A DNA stretch of 64,000 nt from the human T2T-CHM13v2.0 reference genome, Homo sapiens, in assembly GCF_009914755.1 (NCBI RefSeq), contig NC_060937.1, one strand, 5' to 3'. Below are positions 48,359-64,000 of this stretch, one piece after another (within the stretch, counting starts at the first letter, position 1; each line of letters begins with the position of its first letter). The position numbers and the translations under genes were made by a program. The notes under the pieces were generated by a model that was not told the DNA's origin, made no database searches, and worked only from the letters and a program-made list of their open reading frames with translations.

Positions 48359-50026
48359 CTACCAAACACTAGATCTTATTTCTTCTAACTGTATTTTTGT
48401 ACCCATCAATCAACCCCTCTTTAACCTCTCCTCCTCAGTACCCTTTAGAGCCTCTGGTAACCATCACTCTACTTTTTACCTCCATGAGATCAAATTTGCA
48501 ATGCCAGTATATGAAGGAGAACATGCAATGTTTGTCTTTCTGTGTTTGGCTTATTTCACTTAACATAATGTAACGTCCTCCAGTTCCATTGATGCTGTTG
48601 CAAATGACAGGACTTCATTCTTTTTATGGCTGAATAATATTCCATTGTGTATATATACTACATTTTCTTTATCTATTCATCCATTAATGGACACTTAGGT
48701 TGATCTCATATCTTGGCTACCATGAGTAGAGCTGCAATAAACATGGGAGTGCAAATATCTCTTGGATGTATTAATTTCATTTCTTTTGAATATATTGGCA
48801 GCAGTGGCATTGCTGGATCATATGGTTGTTCTATTTTTAATTTTCTTAGAAACTTCCATACTGTTTTCCATAGTGGCTGAACTAATTTAAATTCCCACCA
48901 ACAGTGTATGAGCATTCCCCTTTCTCCATATACTTGCTGCCATCCTTTTTTTTTTTTTTTTTTTTTTTGAGAAAAGCCATTTTAACTGGAGAGAGATGAT
49001 ATTTCATTGTTTTTGACTTGCATTTCTCTGATGATTAGGAAAGTTGAGCATTTTTTCATATACCTGTTGGCCATTCTTATCTTTTGAAAAATGTCTATTT
49101 AACTATGTTGCCCATTTTAAAATTAGATTCTTTGTTATTTTGTTATTGAGTTTTTCAGCTCCTTATATATTCTGGTTATTAATCCCATAAAAGTTAAATA
49201 GCTTGCAAATATTTTCTCCCATCCTGTTTCTGGATAGTTTCCTTTGCTGTACAGAAGCTTCTTAGTTAGATGTGATCCCATTTGCCCATTTTTGCTTTGG
49301 TTGCCTGCGCTTTCCAGGTCTTACTCAAAAAATCTTTGCCCAGACCAATGTTCTGTAGCATTTCCACAATGATTCCTTCTAGCAGTTTTGTTGCATCAGG
49401 TCTTAGATTTAACTCTTTAATAATTTTGAATTGATTTTGTATATGAGGAACAATGGTGTCTAGTTTTATTCTTGTACCTACGAATATCCAGTTTTCCCAG
49501 CACCATTTTTTGAAGATACTGGCTTTTCCCCAATGGATGTTCTTGACACCTTTGTTGAAAATGAGTCGACTGTAAATGTGTAGATTTATTTATTTGTCCC
49601 CTATACTGTTCCATTGGTCTATGTGTCTGTTTTAATACCACTGCCACGCTATTTTGGTTACTATAGCATAGTATAATTTGAAGTCTGGTATTGTGATCCC
49701 TCCAGTCTTGTTCTTTTTGCTCAGGATGACTTTGGCAATTTTTAGTCTTCTGTGGTTCCACGTAAATTTTAGGATTTTTTTTTCTATCTATGTGAAGAAC
49801 ATCATTATTATTTTGATAGGTATTGCATTGAATCTCTGCTTTAGGTAACGTGGACATTTTAACAATAAGATTTTTCCAATCTGTGAACATTAAATATCTT
49901 TCTATGTTCTCTGTCCTCTTCAATTTTGTATGTCAATATTTCATAGTTTTCATTGGAGAAATATGTCACCTCTTTGGTTCAGCTTATTCCTATGCATTTT
50001 ATTTTATTTGTAGCTATTGTAAATGA

Positions 50027-50429
<403 letters not shown>

Positions 50430-53400
50430 TCAATAGGTTGTCCTTTTAGTCTTCATACTAAATATATGAGTGGTTTATGCACTGCAATTATAGTATTAGA
50501 GTATTTAGTACTTGTGTGTGTACTTAATCTACCAGTGAGTTTTATAACTTTAGTGATTTTTTTTTTTTGGTGTCCTATTCTTTCACACTGAAGAACTACC
50601 TTCAGTCTGGTTGTAGATTTATCATTTTGAGGCTATTTTGTAGATTTTGCTAGTACACTCCATTATTTCTTGTTCATGACCCTTTTTTCTCCTCTGACTG
50701 TATATTTTCAAATAGCCTATCTTGAAGCTTTGTAATTATTTTTTCTGCTTGATCAATTATGCTTTTGAGGCATTATGATGCATTTTTCAGTTTGTCAATT
50801 GAATTTTTCAGCTCCAGGATTTTTGTTTGATTTTTAAAAATTATTTCAATATCTTTGTGAAATTTCTCTGATAAAATTCTGCATGTCTTCTCTGGGTTGT
50901 CTTGAAGGTCATTGAGCTTCTTCACAAAGCTTTTGGAATTTTTTTTGTCTGAGAGATTTCATATCTTCATCACTCCACGACTGGTCACTGATGACTTATT
51001 TACTCCATGTGATGAGGTCATAGTTTTCTGGATGTTCTTGATGCTCATAGACATTTGTTTATTTCTGGGCATAGAGAGATTTTATTTTATAAAATCTGGA
51101 AGTTATTTATTCCAGTTTTTGTAGTTTGGCCTTGTTTGTGCCTATCATTCTTGAGAGGAATCCAAGAATTCAAAGGGGATTGCGTTTTATTTCCTAGCCT
51201 GTGGTCACTTCAGCCATTCCAGTACTAGGTGATGCCCCAAGCCCACATATGCCGTGACTCTTGCAGCCCCCTAAATACATAGCCTTGGTGGACTTGGAGA
51301 AGATGAGGGAGAATTTCCTGGATTCCCCAAAAGTCCTTTGCTTTCTTTCCTTCCTTTCCCACAAGGAGTCTTTTTCTGTGCTGGAGTGCCTGGAATTGGA
51401 GGAAGGATAATATGAGCACTCTCATGGGCACAGCTGGCACTGTGCTGTGTTGCCCCTGAAGCCCATATCTTCTCAGACCAGCACAGCACTGGGGCTCCCC
51501 CAAGGCCCATGGCAACGACTGCCTGGCTGCCACTGATGTTTATTCAAGGACCAAGGCCATTCTCGTCAGCCGGTGTGAATTCTGCTGAAACTGTCTGTCC
51601 CACCAGGGCCAGTGGATTCCCTTCTGTTCTGGGATGTGTCTAGAAATAACATCTAGGAGCAAAGTCCTGGAACTGGGTGTTTCAGGAGTCTGCATAGTGT
51701 GTTATTTTGCTGTGGCTTAGCTGGTATCTGGCTATAAGACAAAGTTCTCTGTACTTTTGCCTTTTCTTCCCCTAAGTAGAAGGGGTCTCTCCCTGTGTTT
51801 CACTGCCTGGAGTTGAAAGAGGGGTGATGCGTGGACTTCCTTGACAGCTGCAGCTTGCATCTCACTGGGTTGCACCCTAAGGCCAAAGTCTCCAAGGTCT
51901 GAACAGCACCGGGGCCTGCTCAACAATTGCAATTGCTGTGGCCTAACTGCATCTCAAATTTATTCAGGACCCCAACCTACTTTAGTTAGCAGTGGTGAAG
52001 TGGGCTAGAACTTGGGTTCCCACCCTTGGGGTGGAGGATTGCCTTCTGGCCCAGGACTGATCTAAATGCTCTCTCAGTGGAACAGTGGAATTCTGCCCGA
52101 CGTTGTGTTTTACTGTATCAGGGTGGCACTGAGTTCCAATGCAAGGTGCCACACTCACTTCACTCTCCCTGCCCCAAGCACACAGGTTCTCTCTCCCTGC
52201 TGCTCTGCCTGAGGCTGGGGAAGGGGTGTATAGGCAATGCAAGATTATCCTTCCTATCCTCTTCGACGCTTCTTTCCTTGTCATTATGTTATATGTGATT
52301 TCTATAAAGGTGCTTTCTGCGTGGATAGTTGTTCAATGTGTTACTTCTGTGGGGAGAACAATCACTAGAGGGTTCCATTTGGCCATCTCGCTCCGCCTCC
52401 TTGTGGTAACACTTTTATAAACTCATTTAACTGAACTGTAAGTGGTGTAGAAAGCATATTTCTAATTTTGCAAATTACCAGCTCTCCTTGCCAGCCAATG
52501 TCTAAGCTTTGGAAGACAGAACCACAGTGTCAGTAGCATTGTTGCTTTAAAATAAAAGACACTGTAATTTGGGGAATTTGAATGTCTTCATTTTCTTCAA
52601 CTTAATTGGTATTGAATTTCATCTTTTAGTTATTTTATTTAATATATTCATCTGTAGGGCAGAATTAACTTCATAGCAAATAAATTTTATTTTATAAAAC
52701 ATTTGCTTATAAATAGAAATGTTAAAGAAACTACATATTATTTTTGATTTTAGTGCAATTTATTTTGAAAAGTATGAACCGGTGCCCAAAAGGAGAAGAC
52801 TATGTAAACTCAGGAGTATTTTATTTTCTTGGTTTTGTGGTGGTAATACGTCAAAACATTTGTGTATATTTTTATCCTTAAGCTCACAAAGAGCACTAGA
52901 TACAAAAATGGTAAAACCAGTCTGGGAAAGACAAAAACAAAAAAAGGAAATGGAGAGCTGACTCCTCTCCAACTTCTGCTCCATTAGTCATAATTTTTCA
53001 TATAGTATTATCCATTAGGATACTTTTAATTTGAACTAATGCTTCCTGAGTCCGCTCTTACCATGATATTTTTCATTAATCATGCACTCATCAAAACACT
53101 TATATCTTTCCCATATTTTAAAATTAAATTAGTGATAGTGGAAATAGCTCTCCTTGAGAGGAGCATGTATGTGAGCTCAAATCCTGTTCAGCCCTCTCTT
53201 CCATCTCTCTGTAAATAAACATGTCCATACACTCATATTCTTGCTTTCTAATTTTGAACTTGTACAATGATAGCAATACTTGCTAGTGATCAGTTTCCCT
53301 TTCCTTCTGAGGTTAAAGCAGATATTACTGATGCATGGGGAGTCTTTCTCATTGAATAGAGATACAACCAAAGACTGTTTTTAATTATTCATCTGCAGCC

Positions 53401-55419
53401 CGAATAAATTGATAGGTGTTTGCAAGAAAGTTGAGATCTATTTTTCTTCCCTGAGCTAGTTACTCATCAGGGAATTTTGGGCTGAATGTTCAGATGTAAA
53501 CTGGAATTAAAATGCTTATTTTTAAAGAATCTTTTATATTTTATAAGATGATGTATGAAAAATGTCTGATATTTTAAAGGTACTTATTAAAGGTAGAATG
53601 ATTGTGCTCCAAGAGTTCGAAAATTGGTGAAGAAGAAACAGATATATAAACATATTTAAAACCTTTGTTGATATGCTCATTGTTTTTAGATGAATTTTAG
53701 AAAAATTATATTCCTTTACAGCAAATCTATTAAGGTTGGTCCCATCTAGGATTAAGTGTCATCAGTCTAGTCGTATCAAAGCTGGAATAAAACCATGTAG
53801 ACATTAAAAGAAACACTCAGGAATTGCCTATTTTTGCAGTTTTTTCATGCAATCCAGGAGTGGTCCTGGGAACTTTAAATCTGGATCCTGTAGTTGTTTT
53901 CCAAAGGTCAGATGGGGTCACAAACATTTTGTTTCTCCAACTTTCCAGTTGTTATCTGTTATATCTGTCTGTCTCTGTTTCTCTCTCATATGCACTTATT
54001 CATATGCATAGATCTTTCAAAATAGTGTCAAGCCTAAATAAGAAAAACAAACACATTTTTAACTGCCTTATAACTCACAAGTTCACCTGAGTGCAATAGA
54101 GTTAGCATAATCTCATTGTTATGCAGCGCCATGATAATTCTTCTCCTTCGGCTCCCCAACCTCCTTTTAAAACATGCTATTTCAGGTCTACCTGGAATAA
54201 TAAATGGCTAATGCTAAACCATATATCTTTTACAACCTGCTACCTTAGCTACACTAAGAGCAGGTGGAAGCCTTGAAATTACTTCTTATAAGTACTTGAT
54301 TACATTTTCAGCCAAGGGTCATTCTTCTCCCCAGGCTCTCTATGGGAAAGAGACATTCATTTTCTTCTTCCAGTTATAAGAGCTTTTCAAGAAGGAACAA
54401 GTGATCTGTGATTTTGATTACTGTAGAGAAAACTAGTCAAATAAGAACTTAGAAGAGACCATTGAATTTGTTAATTAGTAGGTCGTTGGTGAATTGAGCT
54501 CTCAAAGGCTGTAGTTTCAGCAAATTTGTAGGAGGAAAAATAACAAAGAGTAAGTTGAGACTGGAAGAAAAAGCACTGTAGGTAATAGTACTACTTTGAT
54601 AATTTTGCCAGTGAACAAATAGAAAGATTAAGAATGGAGATTGGGGAAACACTGGTTTAAAGGACTATATTTCAAGTTATCAAAATGAGAATGTTTACTA
54701 TCCCTGACTAATGAGCCATTGCTAGAGAAAACAAAAACAAAAAATACCCAAGAACCTGAATTTGTAGAAAATTATTTACAAGAGGCAATTTGTGTAGAAG
54801 CCAACTTCTTGTCTGGGATGGTTAGATCACTAATTTTTTTTTCTTTTATTGTTGGAGATTGCGTACAAAATATTTTGTATGTTGGTCTGATTTGTGGGAT
54901 GGTCTTGGTCATGTGTCCAAACCATCATTGAACTACTACAGCTTGTTGGAATGTTCATCATACCTTTATCACTTCACTCTTAGGCTTGGAGGAAGGACTT
55001 CTTAAGCGTCTGTGACTGTATGGGGGCAGCCATGGCTTTAGAGGTGATGAGAACATGACAACTTCCATAGTTCTGGCAATGTTCTAAAGGCTAATACCTG
55101 AGTTTGTTAAAAGAACACCATGCGTTTCATAGAATGGAGACCTCATGGTTCACCACATCTCCACACTAACTGCATTCCACACACTAAGGATTCCCCAGGG
55201 AAAAGGCATAAAATAAAACTGGCAACTCAAGGGAACTTTCTTTCCTTATATCAAAGATGGTAGCAATGAATCAGGCAGCAAGCCTCCTCTCTCATCTCTT
55301 TTAGGTTTTCTTCTAGACTTAACTCTACAAAGCTTCATTCATGAATGAGGCCAACTGAACCAATCGCTCTTGCTTCTAAGCATTGCATAGTGATAGTGAG
55401 GGCTGGTATGAGGCAACAC

Positions 55420-55660
55420 ACTGATCATCAGTGAATGTGGGCTTCAGGATCAGCTCACCTCGGTTAGAATCTTGCTTTGTTTCTTACTGGGAGGGCACTG
55501 TCAAATCATATAACCTACAGAATGCTGAGTCTTCTCATCTGTAACATGGAGGGAATGGTAATATCTTTACCCTAGAGTTCTTGTGAAAAGTAAATGAGAT
55601 AATTTCAGTGACTTAGCATAGTCAATGGCACAGAGTAAACAATCAATTAAAAACTGTTAA
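55420..55660 (+). mobile_element. MIR SINE
   Basis: Core motif CTCATCTGTAACATGG...GTGAAAAGTAAATGAGATAAT...ACTTAGCATAGT...GGCACAGAGTAA. Confidence 0.75.
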
Positions 55661-58600
55661 TATTATTTGTCCTCTTATTTTGTTTTTTTTCTTCCTTTTC
55701 TCTTTATTAAAAATAAATTCATATACATTTTCCCAATGTTCAGCAAAGCATAGCTTCTGTTTGATCACTGACTAATGATGAGTTCCTGGCTCAGATCATA
55801 TGAAAATCAAGCCCTGAAATCTTTGGGGAAATCTACAGAAAAGCAAGCCTGGCCAAGATTATTAATAACCAGATGAACGATAGAAAAACATACTTTATGT
55901 GTCTGTTTGTACTTTTGTTAGTTACGTTTCTAGAAATGGAAATTGCAAGAGTAACAATAAGAAAATATCAGCAGTATTATATGCTAACAGATGAGGTGCT
56001 TTTGTCTATATTTGTTTTCAAAACAAGACTATATGGGAAGAAAATCATTTCCTAGCATAGTCTATAAAATATTGTTGCCTGGAATTTCTTCCTAAGGAAA
56101 AGGTTACATCATCAAATATAACTGAATAAAAGTTTTGCTCTTTGTTCCTGTAGAAATTTAGAAAGCACATTATATTAAATACTCTTAAAAATGTTTAAAA
56201 TAGGAATTGCTTAATTTTATCTAAAATTTACCCTAAAATGCTGAAATCTCACAGTACTAATGTTTTGTACAACTCACTCAGTAAAATGTTGGAGTAGTTT
56301 GAATTCATATTTCTTATTCCATCTCTGACTAAACACTGATAAATTTCTATTATAAATATAGAATATCTATGCTCCTGCTGAAAATTTGCATGACTGGAGT
56401 CGAAACTGACTGCAATAGTAAAGATAGTAGCGAAAAAGACACAAAGAATGAGATGTGACAAACTGCTTTGTACAGGTCAGTGGTTGGAACTATGGGGAAA
56501 GAGAACTTGTTGGAAAACTCTTACTTTTTTTAAAATAAAATACAAATATACTCTGCCATTCTGCCTTAGACAGTGTGTCATACTCTGCAAAATATGATTA
56601 TGCTGTACAATATTTCCACAGTCTTCCTCTAAGAGAAGAGGTTTAGGAGGAGCTGAAGTCATATGCTAGCCCTTACAGCTCAGACTCCATCAGCGATGTC
56701 TCATGGACCATCATCAATGCCTCCATGCTGTGCTATTACACTGCAATTTGACACTGCATTGTTGGAAAAGAAAAACAAATTATATGACTGCTTTTTAGAA
56801 AGCTGTATTTCTAGATAAAATCTCCTTTCATGTCTTTTATTCTATAGTGACTGAAACATTTACAATATCAATTTTAAGCAAAAAGCTGTTGGTCATGGTT
56901 TAGCACCAATTACAATCATGAATGCCCTATATGTGTTTCTTTCATCATTATGGTTTTTGAGATAGAAAACGCTTTGAAACCTCCAAAAATTTAGTTGAAC
57001 TTTTATTTTTCCCCTAGTATATCATATTTTAAAAGGCTGTTTTACTCTTCAGTATGTGGATATAGACTGTTCTCTTTTATAAAATAAGAGGAATTGATTT
57101 TTTCTGCTCCTGTATTATTTATTCTTTTGATTTATTTGTTGTTAGTCAAGTGAGTTTCAAAGATAAGCAGTGTAAGTTTTCTAACTTCTGAAACCTTATA
57201 GATGAGTAAAGGAAATAAACTTTTAATCAAAATAATTCCAGGAAGCCGGTGAAGTACCACAGTAAATGAATGTGCCAAGTGTCATGCATTGTGGTAGCAC
57301 AAAGTTTGACATAAGCTATTCTTCGTGTGGAAAGAAGCACAGAGTGAAGCAGACTGGGTTTGACCTAAGTTCAATCTTCACAGAAAAAATTATTAAAATG
57401 GGGCTTAGCAGGTGAATAGAATCTTAAGTATTATAGGATGCAAAAGGCAGAGAATCACAGAATCACGTGAACTGTACAGAAGCTTCACAGTTTTCACAAT
57501 GTAAACACTTGGAGCTATGTCAGGAAAAATCTTAAGTTTATAAAATGGAAAAATTAACTGTATCTATATGCAATTAAGATGCCAGGTGGATAGTTCCAAG
57601 CTGACACATAGGTTTAAATTCTGGGAGTTCAGATAGTTTATTCTATCGTTAACTCCTCTGGAACACATAAATATTAGCTGATCTGGAATACTGAAGAAAC
57701 AACTGTTTTAATGAAAACAAGATATAATTTTGATAATGCTGTGTTTGAGGTGCTTGTGTGTATGAAGATGGACTATCTACTGAAGAAATTAGACATTTAT
57801 TTAATTCTTAAGAAAGAGACATGGGCTATAGTGAAAAATTTGGAAGATATTATCTAATTTTTAATGAAAAATATTATAACTATTTTAAGGTAGGCACTTT
57901 GATAGGTTATAGGAAAATATCTTGTGAACAAGGTGACAGATTCCTTATTTCCTTGGAGTTGCCAATTTACTGAATGAAGGGAAAAAAAGGATTCCATGTG
58001 CATTGTAGATCACATTTTTCCAGATTATCCAATTTTAATCTTTTCTTCTATTTGAGCTATTTTACCACTCAGTCAACTTACAGATATCTGATGGCAACGC
58101 AAAATAATTATTGCTAATAGATATACAAAATTCTGCCCATTGGAGGTTCAATTGGCTTCCATCCACCCCCATGTAAAAATCCTTCATTGCCTCCATTTAC
58201 ATACTCGTTTGAATTCCTGAACTGTAAATGTGTCTGTTCTTTGAATTCTCCATCCCACTGGTTAAAACATCATCTTAATAATTAAATGAAATATTTAACA
58301 TATTTTCATTTTATATCTGTATAAATCCTTCCATAGAAAATAATCCTAACATAGAGACTATAGAAATTCAGCATGCATTTACAACACAATGAACTCTTTG
58401 AAAGGAACTACAAGTCTAATTGGAAAGTGTACCACAGGTACATTAGACCATTTCCTCCCAATGAGGCAATACAAAGACTAGGGTCAGAAGGTTTGGTAGC
58501 AATTAGCCAGCTGAATAAATGGAAGCTTGAAACAGAAGAAACAAAGTTCAAGGACCTGGAGGCAAATAAAGGAGTTGCTGAATTTAAAGATATGATTCCA

Positions 58601-58712
58601 TTATATTTGGATAAAAGAAAGAGGGAGAGTTTAAAATACAAAAAGGCAGTCATGACTAAAATCAAAAGCTCTTCCAAGAATATCTACTTTCTCTCAAGGA
58701 CAGCTAAATGAT

Positions 58713-59132
58713 TGTATTAGTCTGTTCTCATACTGCTATAAAGAAATACCTGAGACTGGGTCATTTATAAAGAAAAGAGGCTTAATCGACTCACAGTTCC
58801 ACAGAATGTACAAGAATAATGCTGGCATCTGCTCAGCTCCTGGGGAGGCCTCAGGAAACTAACAATCATGGTAGAAGGGGAAGGGGAAGCACACACATCA
58901 CATGGCCAGAATAGGAGCAAGAGAGAAGACAGAAAGTGGTACACATTTTTAAACAATGAGATATCATGAGACGTAACTCATTATCATGAGAACAGCACCA
59001 AATGCATGGTGCTAAACCATTCATGAGGAACTGCTCCCATTATCCAATCATCTCCCACCAGGCCCCATCTCCAACACTGGGGATTACAATTTGACGTGAG
59101 ATTTGGTAGGGACACAGATCCAAATCATATCA
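58713..59132 (-). mobile_element. MST-type (MSTA/MSTB) MaLR 3' LTR
   Basis: TGTATTAGTCTGTTCTCATACTGCTATAAAG...GACACAGATCCAAATCATATCA, i.e. the reverse complement of an MST LTR; 420 bp. Confidence 0.92.
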
Positions 59133-60754
59133 TTTCACCCCTGCCTCTTCTCAAATCTCATGTTCTACTCACATTTCAAAACTAATCATGCTTTCCCAAC
59201 AGATCCCAAAGTCTTAACTGATTCCAGCATTAACTCAAAAGCCCACAGTCCAAAGTGTCCTCTGAAACAAGGCTAGTCCTTTTCTCCCATGAGCCTGTAA
59301 AATCAAAAACAAGTTAGTTACTTCCAACATACACTTAAGGTACAAGCATTGGGTAAATATTCCCAATCCAAAAAGGAGAAATCAGCCAAAACAAAGGGGC
59401 TACTGGCCGCATGCAAGTCCAAAACCCAGTAGGGCAGTCATTAAATCTTAAAGCTCAAAAATAATCTCCTTTGATTTCATGTTTCACATCCAGGGCACAC
59501 TGATGCAAGTAGTGAGCTCCCAAGACATTGGGCAGGTCCATCACTTTGCAGGGTTTATCCCGTTACTGCTCTCATGGGCTGATGTTGAGTGTCGTTGGCT
59601 TTTCTACGCACATGGTGCAAGCTGCTAGTGGATCTCCCATTCCGGGGTCTGAAGGATGACAGTCCCCTTCTCACAGCTCCACTAGGCAGTGCCCCAGTGA
59701 GGACTCTGTGTGGGGGGCTCGAACTCCACATTTCCCCCTGCACACTGCTCTAATAGAGGTTCTCTATGAGTGCTCTGCCCCTGCAGCAGACTTCTCTCTG
59801 GACATCCAGGCTTTTCCATACATCCTTTGAAATCAAGATGGAGGCCCCCAAACCTCAGCTCCTACATTCTGCATACCTACAGGCTTACCACCATATGGAA
59901 GCCTCTAAGGCTTATAGCTTGCACCCTCTGAAGTAAAGGCCTGAGCTGTACCTGAGCCCCTTTGACCCATGGCTGGAGCTGGAGTGGCTAAAATACAGGG
60001 AGCACTGTCCCTAGGCTGCACAGGATAGCAGGGACCTAGGCCTGGCCCATGAAACCATTTTTCTCCCCTAGGCCTCCTGGACTGTGATGAAAGGGGCTGC
60101 CACAAAGGTCTTGGAAATGCCCTCAAGGCCTGTTCCCCATCAATCATCTTGGCCATTATCTCTTTGCTCTTTACTTATTCAAATTTTTGCATCTGGCTTA
60201 AATTCCTCCCCTTAAAATGGGATTTTCTTTTCTACCACATGACCAGGCTGCAAATTTTTCCTAACTTTTACACTCTGTTTCTCTTAAATAGAAGTTCCAA
60301 TTTCAGGTCATTTATTTGTTCATGTGTATGAGCTCAGGTTGTTAGAGGCAGCCAGGCTACCTCTTGAACGTTTTGTTGCTCAGAAATTTCTCCCACTACA
60401 TACCCTAAATCACCACTCTGAAGTTCGAAGTTCCATGGATCCCTAGGGCAGGGGCACAACACAGCCAGTTTCTTTGCTCAGGCATAACAAAAATGACTTT
60501 TGCTCCAGGTCACAATTAGTTCCTCATTTCCATCTGAGACCTCTTCAGCCTAGCCTTTACTGTCCATATCACTAGCAACATTTTGTTCACAACCAGTTAG
60601 CCAGTCTCCAGGAAGTTCCAAACTTTCTCTCATTTTTCTCTCTTCTTCTGAGCCCTCCAAACCCTTCCAGCCTCTGCCTATTACCCAGTTCCAAAGTCAC
60701 TTACATGTTTCAGGTATTTTTATAGCAATGCCGCATTCCTTAATACAAATTTTC
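59133..60754 (-). mobile_element. MST-int MaLR internal region (about 1.6 kb)
   Basis: Characteristic THE1/MST internal sequence. Minus-strand ORF fragments (PHRVLTGALPSGAVRRG, PLWQPLSSQSRRPRGEKWFHGPG) are the MaLR gag-like relic. A purine tract abuts the 3' LTR. Confidence 0.92.
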
Positions 60755-61257
<503 letters not shown>

Positions 61258-61262
<5 letters not shown>

Positions 61263-61327
61263 CACACACACATATATATATATACACACACATATATATA
61301 CACACACACATATATATATATACACAA
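61258..61327. repeat. Compound (CA)n(TA)n microsatellite
   Basis: Three alternating CA/TA blocks. Confidence 0.92.
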
Positions 61328-61435
61328 CCATATTTCTATAGGCAAAAGAGCTCATACACACACACATTTCTAGATGGTGACAGAAAAATATGTTTAAAGG
61401 TGGCAAAGTGGAACTTGACAACTGATTAGGAATAA

Positions 61436-61749
<314 letters not shown>

Positions 61750-64000
61750 AGAAGTGTTTTTTAACATATTTATAATAATAGCATCTTGAACACAGAGCTC
61801 AATTCATATATGTTAAATGAGTGAGTGTGGGATGAAGGATGCAAAATGATGGCTAGAATTCTGGATTAGTCAACTGGATGACAGGCAGTGCTATTTATTA
61901 AGATAGAGTTTGTCAAATGAGAAAGAGCCTTAAATATGTTTGAATGTTGATAATCACCAATAAAAAGAAAAGGTAAATAATAAAGAAAAATTATAAATAA
62001 TATTCAGTAGGCAATCTAATATCAATTTATTTTCCCCTCTGAGTGAACATTTACTTGTTGCTATTGTATGTATAAAGAACTATAATGACAGGATTATTAG
62101 AAGGAATTCCAATTACCAAAGTAAGTTGCCTCTGGATTATTTTCAAGTTTTTTTTTCTCTTGACATTCCAATATTTATAAGGAGTTTTTATCTAAGCACT
62201 AATTTTATGTATCATTGGGATAACATCATGGCTTTGGAATTATTCTCTTTTAATTTCTATCCTTTTATCATGTGCTACTTTCATCAAATACCAATTACCC
62301 AGATAATTCCTATGTATCCATTTTCACTAATAGCTACATAATTCTTGTCCTGATACCAGGGTCCCCGCAAACGTAATTCAAAATCCTTTACAGTTCATGA
62401 ATTAATATTTCAATAAATATGGGCTTGTTTTGTTGTTTAAGAAACAACAAAAAGTCAACTCACCCTTGTTTTCATTGAGATAAATTTATTACTTATATGT
62501 TGCTTTCTTCCCAAAAGATTTAGGTGATGTTAAAATTATATGCAAACAAGACAACTGCTAATTTATAATGCTTATAAATAATGCCATGAAAATAATGGGG
62601 AACCATGCAGACCACCATATATGCCTATACAGTTTCTGTAATTGAATGTTCAATTGAGCTCTCAGCTTAGGTAGAGACAAACTATAACAGTGGTTTCATA
62701 TACTTTTCATTGTCGAATAAAATAAAAAAATCAGTTCCTCAGGATCATTAGCATTATTTCTTAGAAGTGAATTTTAAAATGAATTTGTCATTTGGAACCC
62801 TATTCAATGTATGCTGAATGTAACAGATAATGCAATTAAAACTACTTTTGCAGTAGAATAAATAATTCTTTTCAAATTCAAATAAAATTTTCAAATAAAA
62901 TGGTGAATGTTGAATTTAACCTGGGCCCTGTGCTCATGGAAAATGCTTATGGTTAAGACATTTCCCTATTCCTAGCACCACTTTTTTTTTTTTTTAATTC
63001 CAGAAAAAAGCCAACTGCAAAAGAACCACCCTTCTCTGTATGATTCATTTTCTCTTCTTTTCACCACTCCAGGAAGACTCGCAGATGGTTTCATTTGTTC
63101 ACCTGCCTCTATAAAACCCAAGATATCCTTCTTTTTCTTTGAAATCTTTCTCATTGTGATCATCCTTCCTATGCAATAGCCTCAATAAAGTCATCTTAAT
63201 CATGCAGTGCATGCTGTCCTTCAAGTTGCTTTGAGGCTGTGTGGGAATTGGGAGTATAACATTCGAGCATTATTGTTTTCAGGGTCTCAACTTCAGTCAC
63301 TTTTCTAACTTCTTTTTCTTATTTAAATCTAGTTTAGACAATATGTGAGATAACTAATTCCTAATAATTTTGAAAAGTTTACTTTTTATACATTTATTTT
63401 GTGAGTCTCCAGGCTTCAAGTATTGCCAAAGCTTAATGTTTTTTATCTATAGATATTTATTGTTCTAAATTAGAGAGAATAACAAGCAGTTTTATAAAGA
63501 TGAAGGAATAATCAGGTAAAATTGAAGATAGAAAAGAAGAAAAAGAATAAAAGACTAGCTTCAAGGTTTTTGTTCTCTTCAGATATTTAGTGTTGATAGC
63601 TAATTTTTTTCAGAATTTCTCATCTATGTGCTAACATTTTCTAGTAGCTATTTCCACAGAAATGAGTTCATTATGACACTTCTATTTGCATATTCTGGTT
63701 TAACTGCTTGCACTGTCGGTCCTTTTCTGGTGATAACGGAATATAAAACAAGAAATTCTGCTCTTAAACATTTATAAATTTGAGTGTTGGCACATCCTGT
63801 TCTTAAGTACAACTTTCAACTACCCTCTTTACTTCATTGTCCAATTTACATATTTTAAACACTGTTCTTCCCTCCAGAAAATATCAAAGATTTTCTTCAC
63901 TTTGTTTCTTTCCAATCTGAAACTAAAATGAGCTATAGACAATACTCTTTTCACGTGAGAGACACTCTTGGCTTTTCCATCTTATCTGGCCTTCTACTCA

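Noticed and set aside
55770-55820. C-box ATGATGA and D-box CTGA pair resembling a C/D snoRNA
   Set aside because: The boxes are only about 40 nt apart and there is no terminal stem.
58373-58711. 112-aa Lys/Glu-rich ORF that looks coiled-coil-like
   Set aside because: No convincing splice sites or recognisable homology; purine-rich DNA gives this composition by default.

Overview
This is human (hominid) nuclear DNA, AT-rich and dominated by interspersed repeats. It contains about 22 Alus (two are AluYa5, a subfamily essentially restricted to humans), fragments of young and old L1, several solo LTRs, a near-complete MST-type MaLR provirus, and L2/MIR remnants. I cannot support any intact protein-coding exon. 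Almost all ORF-track entries are Alu-, L1-, LTR- or low-complexity-derived. The only gene-derived sequence is a full-length, disabled KRT18 processed pseudogene (28764-30198) that retrotransposed into the middle of an antisense Alu; both sets of target-site duplications are still readable. I see no evidence of a new multi-gene biological system. The items worth a second look are local structures: the nested KRT18/Alu insertion, an 82-bp orphan copy of a nearby LTR segment inside a TA-rich tract, an inverted repeat at 25.1-25.6 kb, a G-quadruplex-like expansion inside an Alu, a long GGAA microsatellite, a 3 x 71-bp array inside an LTR, a microsatellite that grew out of one LTR of a provirus, and a few candidate + strand splice/exon signals. 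Repeat subfamily names are from recalled consensus features, not a database search, and boundaries of old elements are approximate.
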